Origin: Candidatus Iainarchaeum sp. | GTDB taxonomy: Archaea > Iainarchaeota > Iainarchaeia > Iainarchaeales > 0-14-0-20-30-16 | NCBI GenBank assembly: GCA_028710695.1 | Contig: JAQTTP010000004.1 | Location: forward strand, 57,102 to 89,101 | Direction: 5' to 3' | DNA: 32,000 nt | Shown: positions 1-9,559 of the stretch, one piece after another | Numbering within the stretch: the first letter of the stretch is position 1 | Layout of the letters: the number at the start of each line of letters is the position of its first letter | Notes under the pieces: model-generated | What the model was told of the DNA's origin: nothing | What the model saw: only the letters and a program-made list of their open reading frames with translations | Databases searched by the model: none | Translations under genes and position numbers: made by a program

Positions 1-1512
1 TTTTCATTTTCAAGACTTAGGCCAAAAGGAGATGCAGTAAAGAGCACTCAGGGTGTGGCTTCAGGTCCTGTGTCATTTATGAAAGTATTTGACGCCGCAA
101 CAGAAGTTATAAAACAAGGTGGGAAAAGGCGTGGTGCAAATATGGGTGTACTAAGAGTAGATCACCCAGATATTATTGAGTTTATTACTTGTAAACAGCA
201 AGAAGGAAATATTGCAAATTTCAATATTTCAGTAGCAATTACTGATGAGTTTATGGATGCGTTAGATACTAATAGTGAATATGATTTAGTTAACCCTAGA
301 ACCGGCGATGTAGTAAAGAAATCAAGTGCAAAGTCAGTATTTGATTTGATAGTAACTATGGCTTGGAACAATGGTGAGCCAGGAGTAATATTTATTGATG
401 AAGTTAATAGAGGCAATAAAGTACCTAATATGGGGACAATAGAATCAACTAACCCTTGTGGTGAACAGCCTCTGCTTCCATATGAGAGCTGTAATTTGGG
501 ATCTATAAATCTGGCTGCTTTTGTGGAAGATGGAAAAATCCAATGGGATGAACTTAAGAAAGTGGCTGAATTGGGAGTAAGATTTTTAGATGATCTTATT
601 GATATGAATAGGTTTCCAACTGAGACAATTGATCTGATGTCTAAGTCAAGCAGAAAGATTGGGTTGGGGGTAATGGGTTTAGCAGATGTATTTTATCTTT
701 TGAAAATACCATATAATTCTGATGAGGCCTTGTATCTGGCGGATAAAATTATGAAATTCATTGAAGATGCTGCAATAGAATACTCTTCAAAATTGGGCCA
801 AGAAAGAGGAAGCTTCCCTGCTTTTAAAGGAAGTTTATGGGAAAGACAAAGTTATCCTTGTATGAGAAATGCGGCAATAACAACTGTTGCTCCGACAGGA
901 ACTTTAAGTATGATTGCTGATGTATCTTCAGGAATTGAGCCTTTCTTTTCTTTAGTTTATACAAAAACAGTTTTAAGTGGACAAGACTTTGTTTATGTTA
1001 ATAAGTACCTTGAAGAGGAACTGAGAAAAAAAGGATTGTATAATGATGCAATAATTTACAAAATAAAAGACGCAGGATCTTTGCAAGATATTGAAGAAAT
1101 TCCTGAAGACTTAAAAAGGGTTTTTGTTGTTTCAAGTGATATTGCTCCTGAATGGCATATTAGAATGCAGGCAGTATTCCAGAAAAGAGTTCATAGTGCA
1201 GTTTCAAAAACAATAAATATGCAAAATAATGCAACTATTGAAGATGTTTCTAAAGCATATAAGCTTGCTTATGATTTGAAATGTAAAGGTTTGACTATCT
1301 ATAGAGACGGAAGTAGGCAGGTTCAAGTTCTCACAAAAGGGGATAAAAGCCAAAATCAAGAAAAAATTACTGCAAAAGATAACCCTGTTTCAAAGCAAAA
1401 AACAATGGTAGAGATTCCAAAAGATGAGTGCCCAGTTTGTAAAAAGAAAATGGTTGCAAAAGAGGGTTGTTATACCTGTGTTTCTTGCGGATATTCTAAA
1501 TGTAGTATGTAA
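1..1512 (+). CDS. nrdJ: Adenosylcobalamin-dependent (class II) ribonucleoside-diphosphate reductase, C-terminal part; gene truncated by the window start
   Basis: Reading frame is open from base 1 (FSFSRLRPKGDAVKSTQGVASGPVSFMKVFD...). Contains NPCGEQPLLPYESCNLGSINL and PTGTLSMIADVSSGIEP; C-terminal zinc-ribbon-like CPVCKKKMVAKEGCYTCVSCGYSKC typical of class II enzymes. Confidence 0.95.
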   Translation, partial: FSFSRLRPKGDAVKSTQGVASGPVSFMKVFDAATEVIKQGGKRRGANMGVLRVDHPDIIEFITCKQQEGNIANFNISVAITDEFMDALDTNSEYDLVNPRTGDVVKKSSAKSVFDLIVTMAWNNGEPGVIFIDEVNRGNKVPNMGTIESTNPCGEQPLLPYESCNLGSINLAAFVEDGKIQWDELKKVAELGVRFLDDLIDMNRFPTETIDLMSKSSRKIGLGVMGLADVFYLLKIPYNSDEALYLADKIMKFIEDAAIEYSSKLGQERGSFPAFKGSLWERQSYPCMRNAAITTVAPTGTLSMIADVSSGIEPFFSLVYTKTVLSGQDFVYVNKYLEEELRKKGLYNDAIIYKIKDAGSLQDIEEIPEDLKRVFVVSSDIAPEWHIRMQAVFQKRVHSAVSKTINMQNNATIEDVSKAYKLAYDLKCKGLTIYRDGSRQVQVLTKGDKSQNQEKITAKDNPVSKQKTMVEIPKDECPVCKKKMVAKEGCYTCVSCGYSKCSM

Positions 1513-1574
1513 CTGGGCTTGTAAGGAAATGGACTTGTTGTAGTCAGGTATTGCCTGCAGTTTAGTGGTGTAAA

Positions 1575-2057
1575 ATGATAATCTACTATTATGGCACAGG
1601 AAAGGGCAAGACTACTGCTGGGCTTGGTGCTCTTGTGAGGGCGAAAGCATATAACAAAAAGATCCTGTTGATCCAATCCCTAAAAAATAATCCTGTTGAA
1701 AGCAAATTGTTTAATGGGTTTTGCTTTGGTGATTCTTCTTTTATAAACAAAACTCCTGAGAAAAAACATTACTCTTTTGCACAAGATGCTTTTGATTTCT
1801 TTAAAGAGCAGAAGGGTAAGTATGATGTTATAATGTTTGATGAGCTTTCAATTCTTCTACACTATGGCTTGCTTGATGTTGAACAAGTTGTTGAGTCTTT
1901 ATCTGAGTTTGTAGGGCCTGAATACCCTGTTCTGATTATTACTGGACGTTATAAGATAAAGGGTTTAGAAGAAGTTGCAGATATAGTTACTGAAATGAAA
2001 GAAAAGAAACATATTTACAAGAAAGGAATAAAAGCTTTGAAGGGGATTGATTACTAG
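1575..2057 (+). CDS. cobO: Cob(I)alamin adenosyltransferase, BtuR/CobO/CobA family (short form)
   Basis: N-terminal P-loop YGTGKGKTTAGLGALVRA, then YDVIMFDELSILLHYGLLDVEQV and PVLIITGR, matching the CobA/BtuR family. Confidence 0.85.
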   Translation: MIIYYYGTGKGKTTAGLGALVRAKAYNKKILLIQSLKNNPVESKLFNGFCFGDSSFINKTPEKKHYSFAQDAFDFFKEQKGKYDVIMFDELSILLHYGLLDVEQVVESLSEFVGPEYPVLIITGRYKIKGLEEVADIVTEMKEKKHIYKKGIKALKGIDY

Positions 2058-3316
2058 TGAGCAGAATGCTGTCTGGAAAAATATTAATTTTTTTATTATT
2101 GGTTGTGGGACTTTTTTTAAGTGGTTGTGTTACTGATTCAAAGACTTCAAAACCGTCTGATTTTAAATCCGCCATAGAACCACAAAAAATTGGGCCAGAG
2201 TGCGTAGAACTTTTTTTAGGTCATAATAAACAAGATGAAAATAGAATTAATTTTGTGATAGTTGGAATTGATTTTTTTGATCTCGAGGCCGTAAAAATGG
2301 CCGGAGAAAATATATTTGATTTAAATGAACAACACAACGGCCTTTTTTCTAAACAACCTTTTAAATCAAACAAAGAAAAATTTAATGTTTGGTACGTAAC
2401 CGAACTAGGAAATTCAACACAAAGCATTGTACCTGAAGAACATCCGGCTGTTTCGGAGTCGAAAAGGCTATTAAAACTTTGTGATGTAAAAAATAAGGTT
2501 ACTCTTAGTATAATTTATGAAACTCAACCTTATGAACAGCAATTTAAATCTATACTTGAAAACCCAATAATTGCCCCAGTAAATATATTGCTGCCAAAAG
2601 ACAAGGCGGAACTTAAAGAGGGATATATTGGAACGGGGATGCATGAAATTGGTCATGCGTTAAGCAAATTTTTAAAAGATCAATGGCTTGATAAAGACTG
2701 GGACACAACTGCAATAAATGATGAATATTATACTCCTGGTTCTATAAACAAAAAAACAATTTCTGAAGGGAAAACAATAAATTTTGGAAACTGTTATGGT
2801 CAATCTACTTATAATGACTGTTTAGAAAATTCTAAATGGGGTTTTTTGATAGGAAATGGGTGTGGCCAAGACGGAGTAATTGATTGTTTGGCAGGAATAG
2901 AACAAAAATGTGAATCTCTTGAAACAATGTGCAAAAGCAAAAATTGTGAGGATGCAGAAGAAGTAAAACAGATATGTGAGAAATATTTCCCTGAACAGAA
3001 AAATTGTACAATTCAAAATCTTAAAGAGTCTAAGACTTGTAAAGATTTAGTTACTTTCACAGAACCTGCTGGAGCGCAGGAAGTGAACTGCTGGGCGGGC
3101 TGTGGTTCCAGTGATATCTGGAGACCAACATATACCTCTATAATGAGTTATTATCAAGAAGTTGAGAATTTGTCATATGGGCCAGTAAATGAAAGGATTC
3201 TTTGTCTTGCAATAAGGCACGTAACTGGGTCAGTAAGTGATTACTGTAATCAATTATGCTTGGATGGCTGTGAAAAAGGAGAAAAATGTATAAAGGGTGG
3301 CTGTAAAAAAACATAG
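2057..3316 (+). CDS. Predicted secreted lipoprotein, putative zinc metallopeptidase with Cys-rich C-terminus
   Basis: Signal/lipobox-like ILIFLLLVVGLFLSGCVTD; HExxH in GMHEIGHALSKFLKD; Met-turn-like SIMSYYQEVENLSYGPVNE; C-terminal CNQLCLDGCEKGEKCIKGGCKKT. Start codon GTG overlaps the upstream stop by 1 nt (TAGTG); an ATG at 2066 is an alternative. Confidence 0.65.
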   Translation: MSRMLSGKILIFLLLVVGLFLSGCVTDSKTSKPSDFKSAIEPQKIGPECVELFLGHNKQDENRINFVIVGIDFFDLEAVKMAGENIFDLNEQHNGLFSKQPFKSNKEKFNVWYVTELGNSTQSIVPEEHPAVSESKRLLKLCDVKNKVTLSIIYETQPYEQQFKSILENPIIAPVNILLPKDKAELKEGYIGTGMHEIGHALSKFLKDQWLDKDWDTTAINDEYYTPGSINKKTISEGKTINFGNCYGQSTYNDCLENSKWGFLIGNGCGQDGVIDCLAGIEQKCESLETMCKSKNCEDAEEVKQICEKYFPEQKNCTIQNLKESKTCKDLVTFTEPAGAQEVNCWAGCGSSDIWRPTYTSIMSYYQEVENLSYGPVNERILCLAIRHVTGSVSDYCNQLCLDGCEKGEKCIKGGCKKT

Positions 3317-3321
3317 CGCCC

Positions 3322-4326
3322 TTATTGTTTTTTTAGTAATTTTGTAATTGCTTCCGTTATTTCCTCTATATCTTTTTCAGATAAGTGATTTAAATCAAGA
3401 GTGAAGTCTTTTTGTGGTTTTATCTCTTTAAAGCTAGCTTTGAAGTCATCCACTTCTCTTGGGAGCATCATGTCTTTCTTTGTGTAGATTATTATGAACT
3501 CTTTATTTACTTTTGCTAGAAGTTTTGAAATCAACTTCTTTTGTTTATCTGCATCTTCTGTTAAATCAATTAAGAATATTGCCGCTTTTGCAAGTTTTTC
3601 TAAAGCAATAATTGTTTGCTTTTCAATAATATTTAGTTTTGAGAAGTCTCTAACTAGAAGGCCAGGGGAGTCAATAACCTGGTATTTTTCATATCTTTGT
3701 TCATACAGCCCAACTTGGAGTCTTTTGGTTGTAAATGCATAATCTCTAATTTCTACCTTGCTTCCAGTAATCTTGTTTAAGAATGTGCTTTTTCCAGAAT
3801 TTGGTATTCCTACTAAAACTGCGGTAGGATAATCTTTGAAAGATGGTGCTTTCCTTATTGTCCTTGATGCAATCAGAATGTATGATAAAGATGGGTCAAG
3901 CTTTTTTACGATTGATTGAACTCTTCCGTAAAATTCAGTTCTTAGTTTTGGTGCTGCTTTTAGATTTGTTCTTATCTTTTGGATGTAATTATTTTTCAAA
4001 CTATTAATTAAAAATTTTGTTTTTGCAACATGGCTTAAACTCTTTTTTAAAGTTTCTAAATCGATTTCGTTTAGTAAAAGTTCTTTGTAAACATCCTTTA
4101 GCTTATCAATGTTTGGGAATGGTTTTACAACCCCCTCAAGAGTTGTTTTTACTTCATCTGCAAAATGGTAAATCCTCTTTTTTTCTTTATCAGCAATAAA
4201 AAAGTGCTTTGCAACCCTGTTGTCGTTTTCTATTTTGTCAACTTCGTCTTTTACTTTCTTGATTGCATTGTCTATAATCTCTTTTGCTTTTGGGATATAA
4301 ATAGAATCGTTGTTAGTTTTAGTCAT
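3322..4326 (-). CDS. Archaeal NOG1-like GTPase (OBG/NOG1 superfamily)
   Basis: NOG1-type helical N-terminus followed by G1 GIPNSGKST, FTTKRLQVG, G3 DSPGLL, and a G4-like YTKKD (TKxD). Confidence 0.88.
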   Translation of the reverse strand: MTKTNNDSIYIPKAKEIIDNAIKKVKDEVDKIENDNRVAKHFFIADKEKKRIYHFADEVKTTLEGVVKPFPNIDKLKDVYKELLLNEIDLETLKKSLSHVAKTKFLINSLKNNYIQKIRTNLKAAPKLRTEFYGRVQSIVKKLDPSLSYILIASRTIRKAPSFKDYPTAVLVGIPNSGKSTFLNKITGSKVEIRDYAFTTKRLQVGLYEQRYEKYQVIDSPGLLVRDFSKLNIIEKQTIIALEKLAKAAIFLIDLTEDADKQKKLISKLLAKVNKEFIIIYTKKDMMLPREVDDFKASFKEIKPQKDFTLDLNHLSEKDIEEITEAITKLLKKQ

Positions 4327-4426
4327 ACTATAATTAGAACGATAAGGTTTATATAGTTCGTTATATTATATAAATAGTGAACTTTCTGCTCTTTTAGCGG
4401 AGCATAAATAGATATATTAATCAGTC

Positions 4427-7400
4427 TTGTTGGAGGGGAATATTGTGAAAGCATATTTTATTGGACTTTTAGGAATCTTTTTTGTTTTATCTGCATCTTG
4501 CCTTTTTTCTGCAAGCATGTGGTATAAATTTGATGATGGCTGGGCAACAGATGGTAACGCCATTCTTAAGGTTTTTGTTGATACTGGTACTGATGGTGTG
4601 GCAAATACAGGTGTAAGTGTTGCTACTACACTAACTCTTGATAGCAATGACTGTGCTTATGCGGCAACAACTGCTGCTTATGCAGATGGTAATTATGCTA
4701 ATTTTAATTTAGACTTAAATTGTGACGGCGTTTTAGATGCAAATGGTGCAGATTTAAATATAGTAATTTCAACTACTACTCCTGCTTTGTCTAAAGACTT
4801 TGAATTCTACCTTCCTGGATTCAAAGATATGGATATTAACTTTGATGTTGGTAGTTTAGATTCAGTGGTAGATATACAAACAGATTATAATCTAGTTTTC
4901 CAACCAATTTTTTATGATGAAAACGGAACAGTAGACTCAAGTTTTGGGGGCCAATTTAAGGTTTATTTATACGACCCAAGCGGAGACTTTGTTGATTCTT
5001 ATGATGCGAATGCAGATAACAATATAATAATTCCAGTAACAGATTTCAATACAGAACCAGGAATGTATAAAATTATGGTTGGTAATGTTACTGCGGATGA
5101 GAATACTGCAGGATATAAAACTTTTGTATTTAATGTAAAATCCTTCAACTTAATTGCTTATGTTCAAAATACTGACGATGAATCAAAAGGAACTTATGGT
5201 ACTGGGGAAGATTTAGAGTTGGTTGTGTTTGCAACTGATATCAATAATACCGGAATTACTTTGAGTAAAATATACTATAAGGCGGATGCGGCAACAAGCT
5301 TTACTACTGTAAGTAGCCCTTCAAAAAAGAATACTATTTCATTAAGTGATTTTAGTGCTGGGCAGCACAATGTGAAGATAATTGGAACATATGGTGACTA
5401 TAATCAAGAAATGAATCTTGGGTTTTATGTTACAGCTTATGCTCCAGAATTTAAGCTAAAGAAGAACGATAATGCCGGAACAAAAGAAAGATTTTCTGGA
5501 GTTTATGCTCCTGCAGGCACAGTAACTTTTTTATTTGGTATTAATGACCTGACAACAGGGCAACCAGAAGATATAAACACTGTTGCAGCATGTAGACTTC
5601 TTTTAGATGGCTTAAAATATGTTGAAGCGGGAAAGAAGAACGAAACAGAAGTATCTGTGAGTGATAATAACATAAGTTATAATTCAACTGAAAAACTGTG
5701 TGAAGTAAGTATGGTTGCTCCATCTACTGAAGACACATATTTGTATGAATTAGATTTAAATGATAATTATAGTGATACTTATGATGCAGTTAATTTGGAT
5801 TCTTCAGAACAAAAGTTAACTACTCAACAGTATGTCATGTTCTTGGACCCTATTGATGCAGAATCTGCTATTGATGCAGATACAGGACAAATTGATAAAA
5901 AAGCAGACAAGTTTGAATTCTTTGATGAGAATATAGCTTATTATTTGAATGTTACAAATTTGGGTGGCGGTTCAGCAAGTGATTTGAATGTTGAAAGTGT
6001 AAATAGTTTGTATATTGTTCATGATGGTACATCAACTGCTTTAAGTGCAAGTGATTATGACTATAATTATGATACAAAATTATTAATAATTGATAAAGAT
6101 GCAACAGCATTAGATGGTGTTGCAGGCAGCTTTGAATTGCAAGCAATATTTGATACAAACTCAAATACTGGTGAGCTAATAGATGTGTTTGGTGCAGGAA
6201 AGAAAAAAACATTTAAGGTTTATGTTGATTTAAATATGGATTCACATGATGGTCCGCCTTATGTTACCCCAGATGAAAATGTTGTATTGTCGGTGACTGT
6301 AAAAAATTCATCAAATCAGACAGTGCCATATGTAACAATAAGTTTGGCAAGAGTTTATGATGTAGAAAATATGGAAGAAGTGAGTTTAGGAAGTTATAGT
6401 GCGGTAACTGATGCTTCAGGAATTGGGTATTTGAATATAGGTTCAGATATAAATACGGGTATGTATGAAGTAACAATAGATGTGAATGATGGAACAAATA
6501 CTGATGAAGGGCATGGATTCTTTATGGTAAAGAACTTCTTTGCATTTGGATTTCCCGGAGATTACCAACAAGGTGGTGCGTTCTTGGAGAACGCTTACTT
6601 GGGTATGGATGAAAATATAGATATAGCTACCTTTGTATTTAGTGGAACTGGTGCAGGATTTGGTGGAACTGAGTTTGCTGCAACTGATACTTATAGCATT
6701 CCAACAGGAACAGCAAAATTATTTTATGAAACAGACGATAGTGTAGGAATGAAATTGATTTATGTGGATATAGTAGACTTAGATACTGATGCAAACTGGA
6801 CAAAAGGGAGTGTAATAGATCCGGGGAGGATGGTAAGAATAACATCTGATGTTAGCTTAACTCCTGGATTCTATGAGGCAGTGTATGATGTAAATTGGAA
6901 TGGAACAATAGATACAGCAATTGCTCCATTTGCAATACAAGGTTTTGGATTACAAGTTTGTAATTATAATGCGGGTGGATCAGTAAGTTGTGGAGAATCA
7001 ATGACTGGTGGTGGTCAAGATCTAAAGGGTGCCCCTGACTCAAACGTTTTATGGGTTTTAAATGGTGCATCAAGTGGGGATGTTTCTCTTACAATATCAT
7101 TAGTAGATATGAAAACATTCTCTGAAGTAAGTGGGGCAGATGACCTGAATTTCTTTTTAGATAATGGAATTAATTATGATGGAAACCAGATGAACGATAT
7201 AAATTTTAATTTTAGTTCTAATGCGCAGGATAACAATAGTTATGGGGATTTTAATGTTTTGGTATATATTCCTCCTGGAACTGATTTAGGGGAATATGAA
7301 CTGAGATTTGACTTTTTGAAAGCGGGAGTTCATACAATTTATTCTAGATCGATAACTGTAAAGCAATTCATTATTTCTATGATTTCTGATCAATCAGGTT

Positions 7401-9547
7401 CAAGAGAAATGGGATACATCCAAGATTGGGAAAATGGTGGTTTTGACCATAATATTTCAAATACAAGTTCTTGGAACCTGCCTACTTTTTGTGATGGTAA
7501 TAACTTTGAAACCGGAGATATAACTTATGGTTACTTCTACTATCCTGGGCAAGGAAGTGGTGATTTCAATTATGCCGCTTTAGTGGATCTTACTGATAAC
7601 GAGGTGTTTATTGACTTAGACCAAGATTGTAACTTTGTTGATGATAATTTCAGTATTACTCCAAATGACAAAAATATAATTTCCGCTTTGATTGACGGAA
7701 ATGGAAACGCGCCAATGATAACTAATGTAACCCTTACTGGAGTAAAATATATGGAAGTTACTGGTGATATTGTTGTGGCCAGACAAACAACTAATAATTG
7801 GGCCGGAGAATATGACGTAGATAGAAATATCATAATTCCAATAAATATAAGTGATATTTCTGGAAACTATTTGCAAAATGTAAGTGTAACAGTAAATAAA
7901 GTAAAAAAGATAGATTTCTTGAACAAACAGATGGAAACTCTTTCAAGTGGATATACTGTATATAATGATAATAATACAGATCCATACGGAATGGTATTCT
8001 TGAAGATGAATTTAGAGGAAACTGGAGAATACCAATTGGAATTAGTAATTGAAGATGCAAATGGAAATAAAGAAAAACTAATGCCTTGGGAAGGACCAAT
8101 ATTCCAAGTTAAGAAGTTTTCTAGTAAGTCTGGATTTGTAAGGGCAGCAAGATACGATGAAAATGTATTGACTATAGACTTGAATGAAAATCCATATACC
8201 TATTGGCAAGGTGGGAATGTTAATCAAGCGGAATACCTAGGAATCTTTAGAGAATCAGAAAGAGATTATGATCTAGATAGTGATGGTAGTAAAGACAAGA
8301 ACTATTACTTCTATTATCCGTATCTAGATGGTGTTTATGTTGTTGATGATGACCTAAACAATACAGAGTATCCTAATGAAGTAAATGGTCTAAGACCAGA
8401 GAATCTGTCTACTTTGTGGCCAACATGTTTGGGTGATTATAATGCAACTCGTCAACAAAATGATTGTAATACAGATTCTATAATGGTATCAAGTATAACC
8501 GAAGATACAGTTCTGACTACAAACTTAATGTCACATCAAAACAAGAATTGGTCTTTTGAGGATTATAATGTAGACGACTTTGGTAGACCTCTTTTGTGGA
8601 CTACTATGGCTAACCCATTGGATACTAATATTATGGATAACACGTTTGGAACAAATAGTGGAAATCCAGGTCCTGGTGTTATGGATGGTAGTAGAGCAAT
8701 GAGAATGGATGGAAATATATGGACTACACTTCAAAATCCTGTATTTGTGTATGCAAACCAAAATGATACTATGGATATAAACATTTGTGCTGTGTCTCAA
8801 ACAGGAGGTCTTTTGAAGACAAGATTCTATTATTTGCCTGGTGGGGCATCTGATGGAAATTATTATTATAATTTTGACACAAATGTATGGGATGCAAATA
8901 TTGCAGATCCTACTTCTGGAGACTATGACTTCAATATGACTGTTGCTGGTCCTGCATGGCAATGTTTCACAACAGACATAAATACAGGGGCAATGGAGAT
9001 GATTAATATTGTTATTGCTGGAGATGATAATTCAAGCCATGTATTTTTGGTTGATGCTGTTCAAATGGATCTTAATTTGATAGGAAGAACAGTGAACATA
9101 TATAATAAAACCAATTATAGGGCGCCATCAACAGCAATAATTGCTGATTCAGATTTGACTGCTTCAGATTATGCAATGTGGGCAAATTCAGATCTGAATG
9201 GTACAACTGGTAGTGTAAATCACTACTATGAAGTATCATTTACTGATAGATTAAATCAGGATGTTAATATAGTTGATGCAAATGTATCCTCAATGTTAAT
9301 TAAGAAAAACACTTGTGCCACAACCTGGGGGAATGACGATATGACTCTGAAAGGAAAATATTCTGGAAGCAGAATTGGAAGCACAGACTTTTGGGCATTT
9401 AACTTTGGAGACTTGGGTACAGGTATTGGAGATACTAACTGCTTGAGATATGAAGTAAGAACAGATATTTCCGCATTAGTTGGGGCTTCAACTTATAAAG
9501 ACTCTACTTGGAGTAGCTTCTACATAAGTAATAACGAGGGGAGTTAG
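4427..9547 (+). CDS. Giant (about 1.7 kaa) secreted repeat protein with Ig/beta-sandwich-like modules and Ca-binding-like Asp-rich loops
   Basis: N-terminal hydrophobic signal (VKAYFIGLLGIFFVLSASCLFSAS; probable GTG start at about 4445), no C-terminal TM, recurring 'G[MEFQ]Y..x..D...[FI].V..F' repeats and Asp-rich motifs such as DYDLDSDGSKD and DVNWNGTIDT. Confidence 0.8.
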   Translation: MLEGNIVKAYFIGLLGIFFVLSASCLFSASMWYKFDDGWATDGNAILKVFVDTGTDGVANTGVSVATTLTLDSNDCAYAATTAAYADGNYANFNLDLNCDGVLDANGADLNIVISTTTPALSKDFEFYLPGFKDMDINFDVGSLDSVVDIQTDYNLVFQPIFYDENGTVDSSFGGQFKVYLYDPSGDFVDSYDANADNNIIIPVTDFNTEPGMYKIMVGNVTADENTAGYKTFVFNVKSFNLIAYVQNTDDESKGTYGTGEDLELVVFATDINNTGITLSKIYYKADAATSFTTVSSPSKKNTISLSDFSAGQHNVKIIGTYGDYNQEMNLGFYVTAYAPEFKLKKNDNAGTKERFSGVYAPAGTVTFLFGINDLTTGQPEDINTVAACRLLLDGLKYVEAGKKNETEVSVSDNNISYNSTEKLCEVSMVAPSTEDTYLYELDLNDNYSDTYDAVNLDSSEQKLTTQQYVMFLDPIDAESAIDADTGQIDKKADKFEFFDENIAYYLNVTNLGGGSASDLNVESVNSLYIVHDGTSTALSASDYDYNYDTKLLIIDKDATALDGVAGSFELQAIFDTNSNTGELIDVFGAGKKKTFKVYVDLNMDSHDGPPYVTPDENVVLSVTVKNSSNQTVPYVTISLARVYDVENMEEVSLGSYSAVTDASGIGYLNIGSDINTGMYEVTIDVNDGTNTDEGHGFFMVKNFFAFGFPGDYQQGGAFLENAYLGMDENIDIATFVFSGTGAGFGGTEFAATDTYSIPTGTAKLFYETDDSVGMKLIYVDIVDLDTDANWTKGSVIDPGRMVRITSDVSLTPGFYEAVYDVNWNGTIDTAIAPFAIQGFGLQVCNYNAGGSVSCGESMTGGGQDLKGAPDSNVLWVLNGASSGDVSLTISLVDMKTFSEVSGADDLNFFLDNGINYDGNQMNDINFNFSSNAQDNNSYGDFNVLVYIPPGTDLGEYELRFDFLKAGVHTIYSRSITVKQFIISMISDQSGSREMGYIQDWENGGFDHNISNTSSWNLPTFCDGNNFETGDITYGYFYYPGQGSGDFNYAALVDLTDNEVFIDLDQDCNFVDDNFSITPNDKNIISALIDGNGNAPMITNVTLTGVKYMEVTGDIVVARQTTNNWAGEYDVDRNIIIPINISDISGNYLQNVSVTVNKVKKIDFLNKQMETLSSGYTVYNDNNTDPYGMVFLKMNLEETGEYQLELVIEDANGNKEKLMPWEGPIFQVKKFSSKSGFVRAARYDENVLTIDLNENPYTYWQGGNVNQAEYLGIFRESERDYDLDSDGSKDKNYYFYYPYLDGVYVVDDDLNNTEYPNEVNGLRPENLSTLWPTCLGDYNATRQQNDCNTDSIMVSSITEDTVLTTNLMSHQNKNWSFEDYNVDDFGRPLLWTTMANPLDTNIMDNTFGTNSGNPGPGVMDGSRAMRMDGNIWTTLQNPVFVYANQNDTMDINICAVSQTGGLLKTRFYYLPGGASDGNYYYNFDTNVWDANIADPTSGDYDFNMTVAGPAWQCFTTDINTGAMEMINIVIAGDDNSSHVFLVDAVQMDLNLIGRTVNIYNKTNYRAPSTAIIADSDLTASDYAMWANSDLNGTTGSVNHYYEVSFTDRLNQDVNIVDANVSSMLIKKNTCATTWGNDDMTLKGKYSGSRIGSTDFWAFNFGDLGTGIGDTNCLRYEVRTDISALVGASTYKDSTWSSFYISNNEGS

Positions 9548-9559
9548 AGGTGATATGAA

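Noticed and set aside
5541-8962. Series of minus-strand ORFs (5541-5723, 5952-6212, 6264-6497, 6639-6845, 6852-7073, 7570-7876, 7830-8099, 8531-8962)
   Set aside because: They lie antisense to the well-supported giant surface-protein gene and have low-complexity compositions (H/L/Y/I-rich) typical of reverse translation of an Asp/Asn/Gly-rich AT-biased gene.
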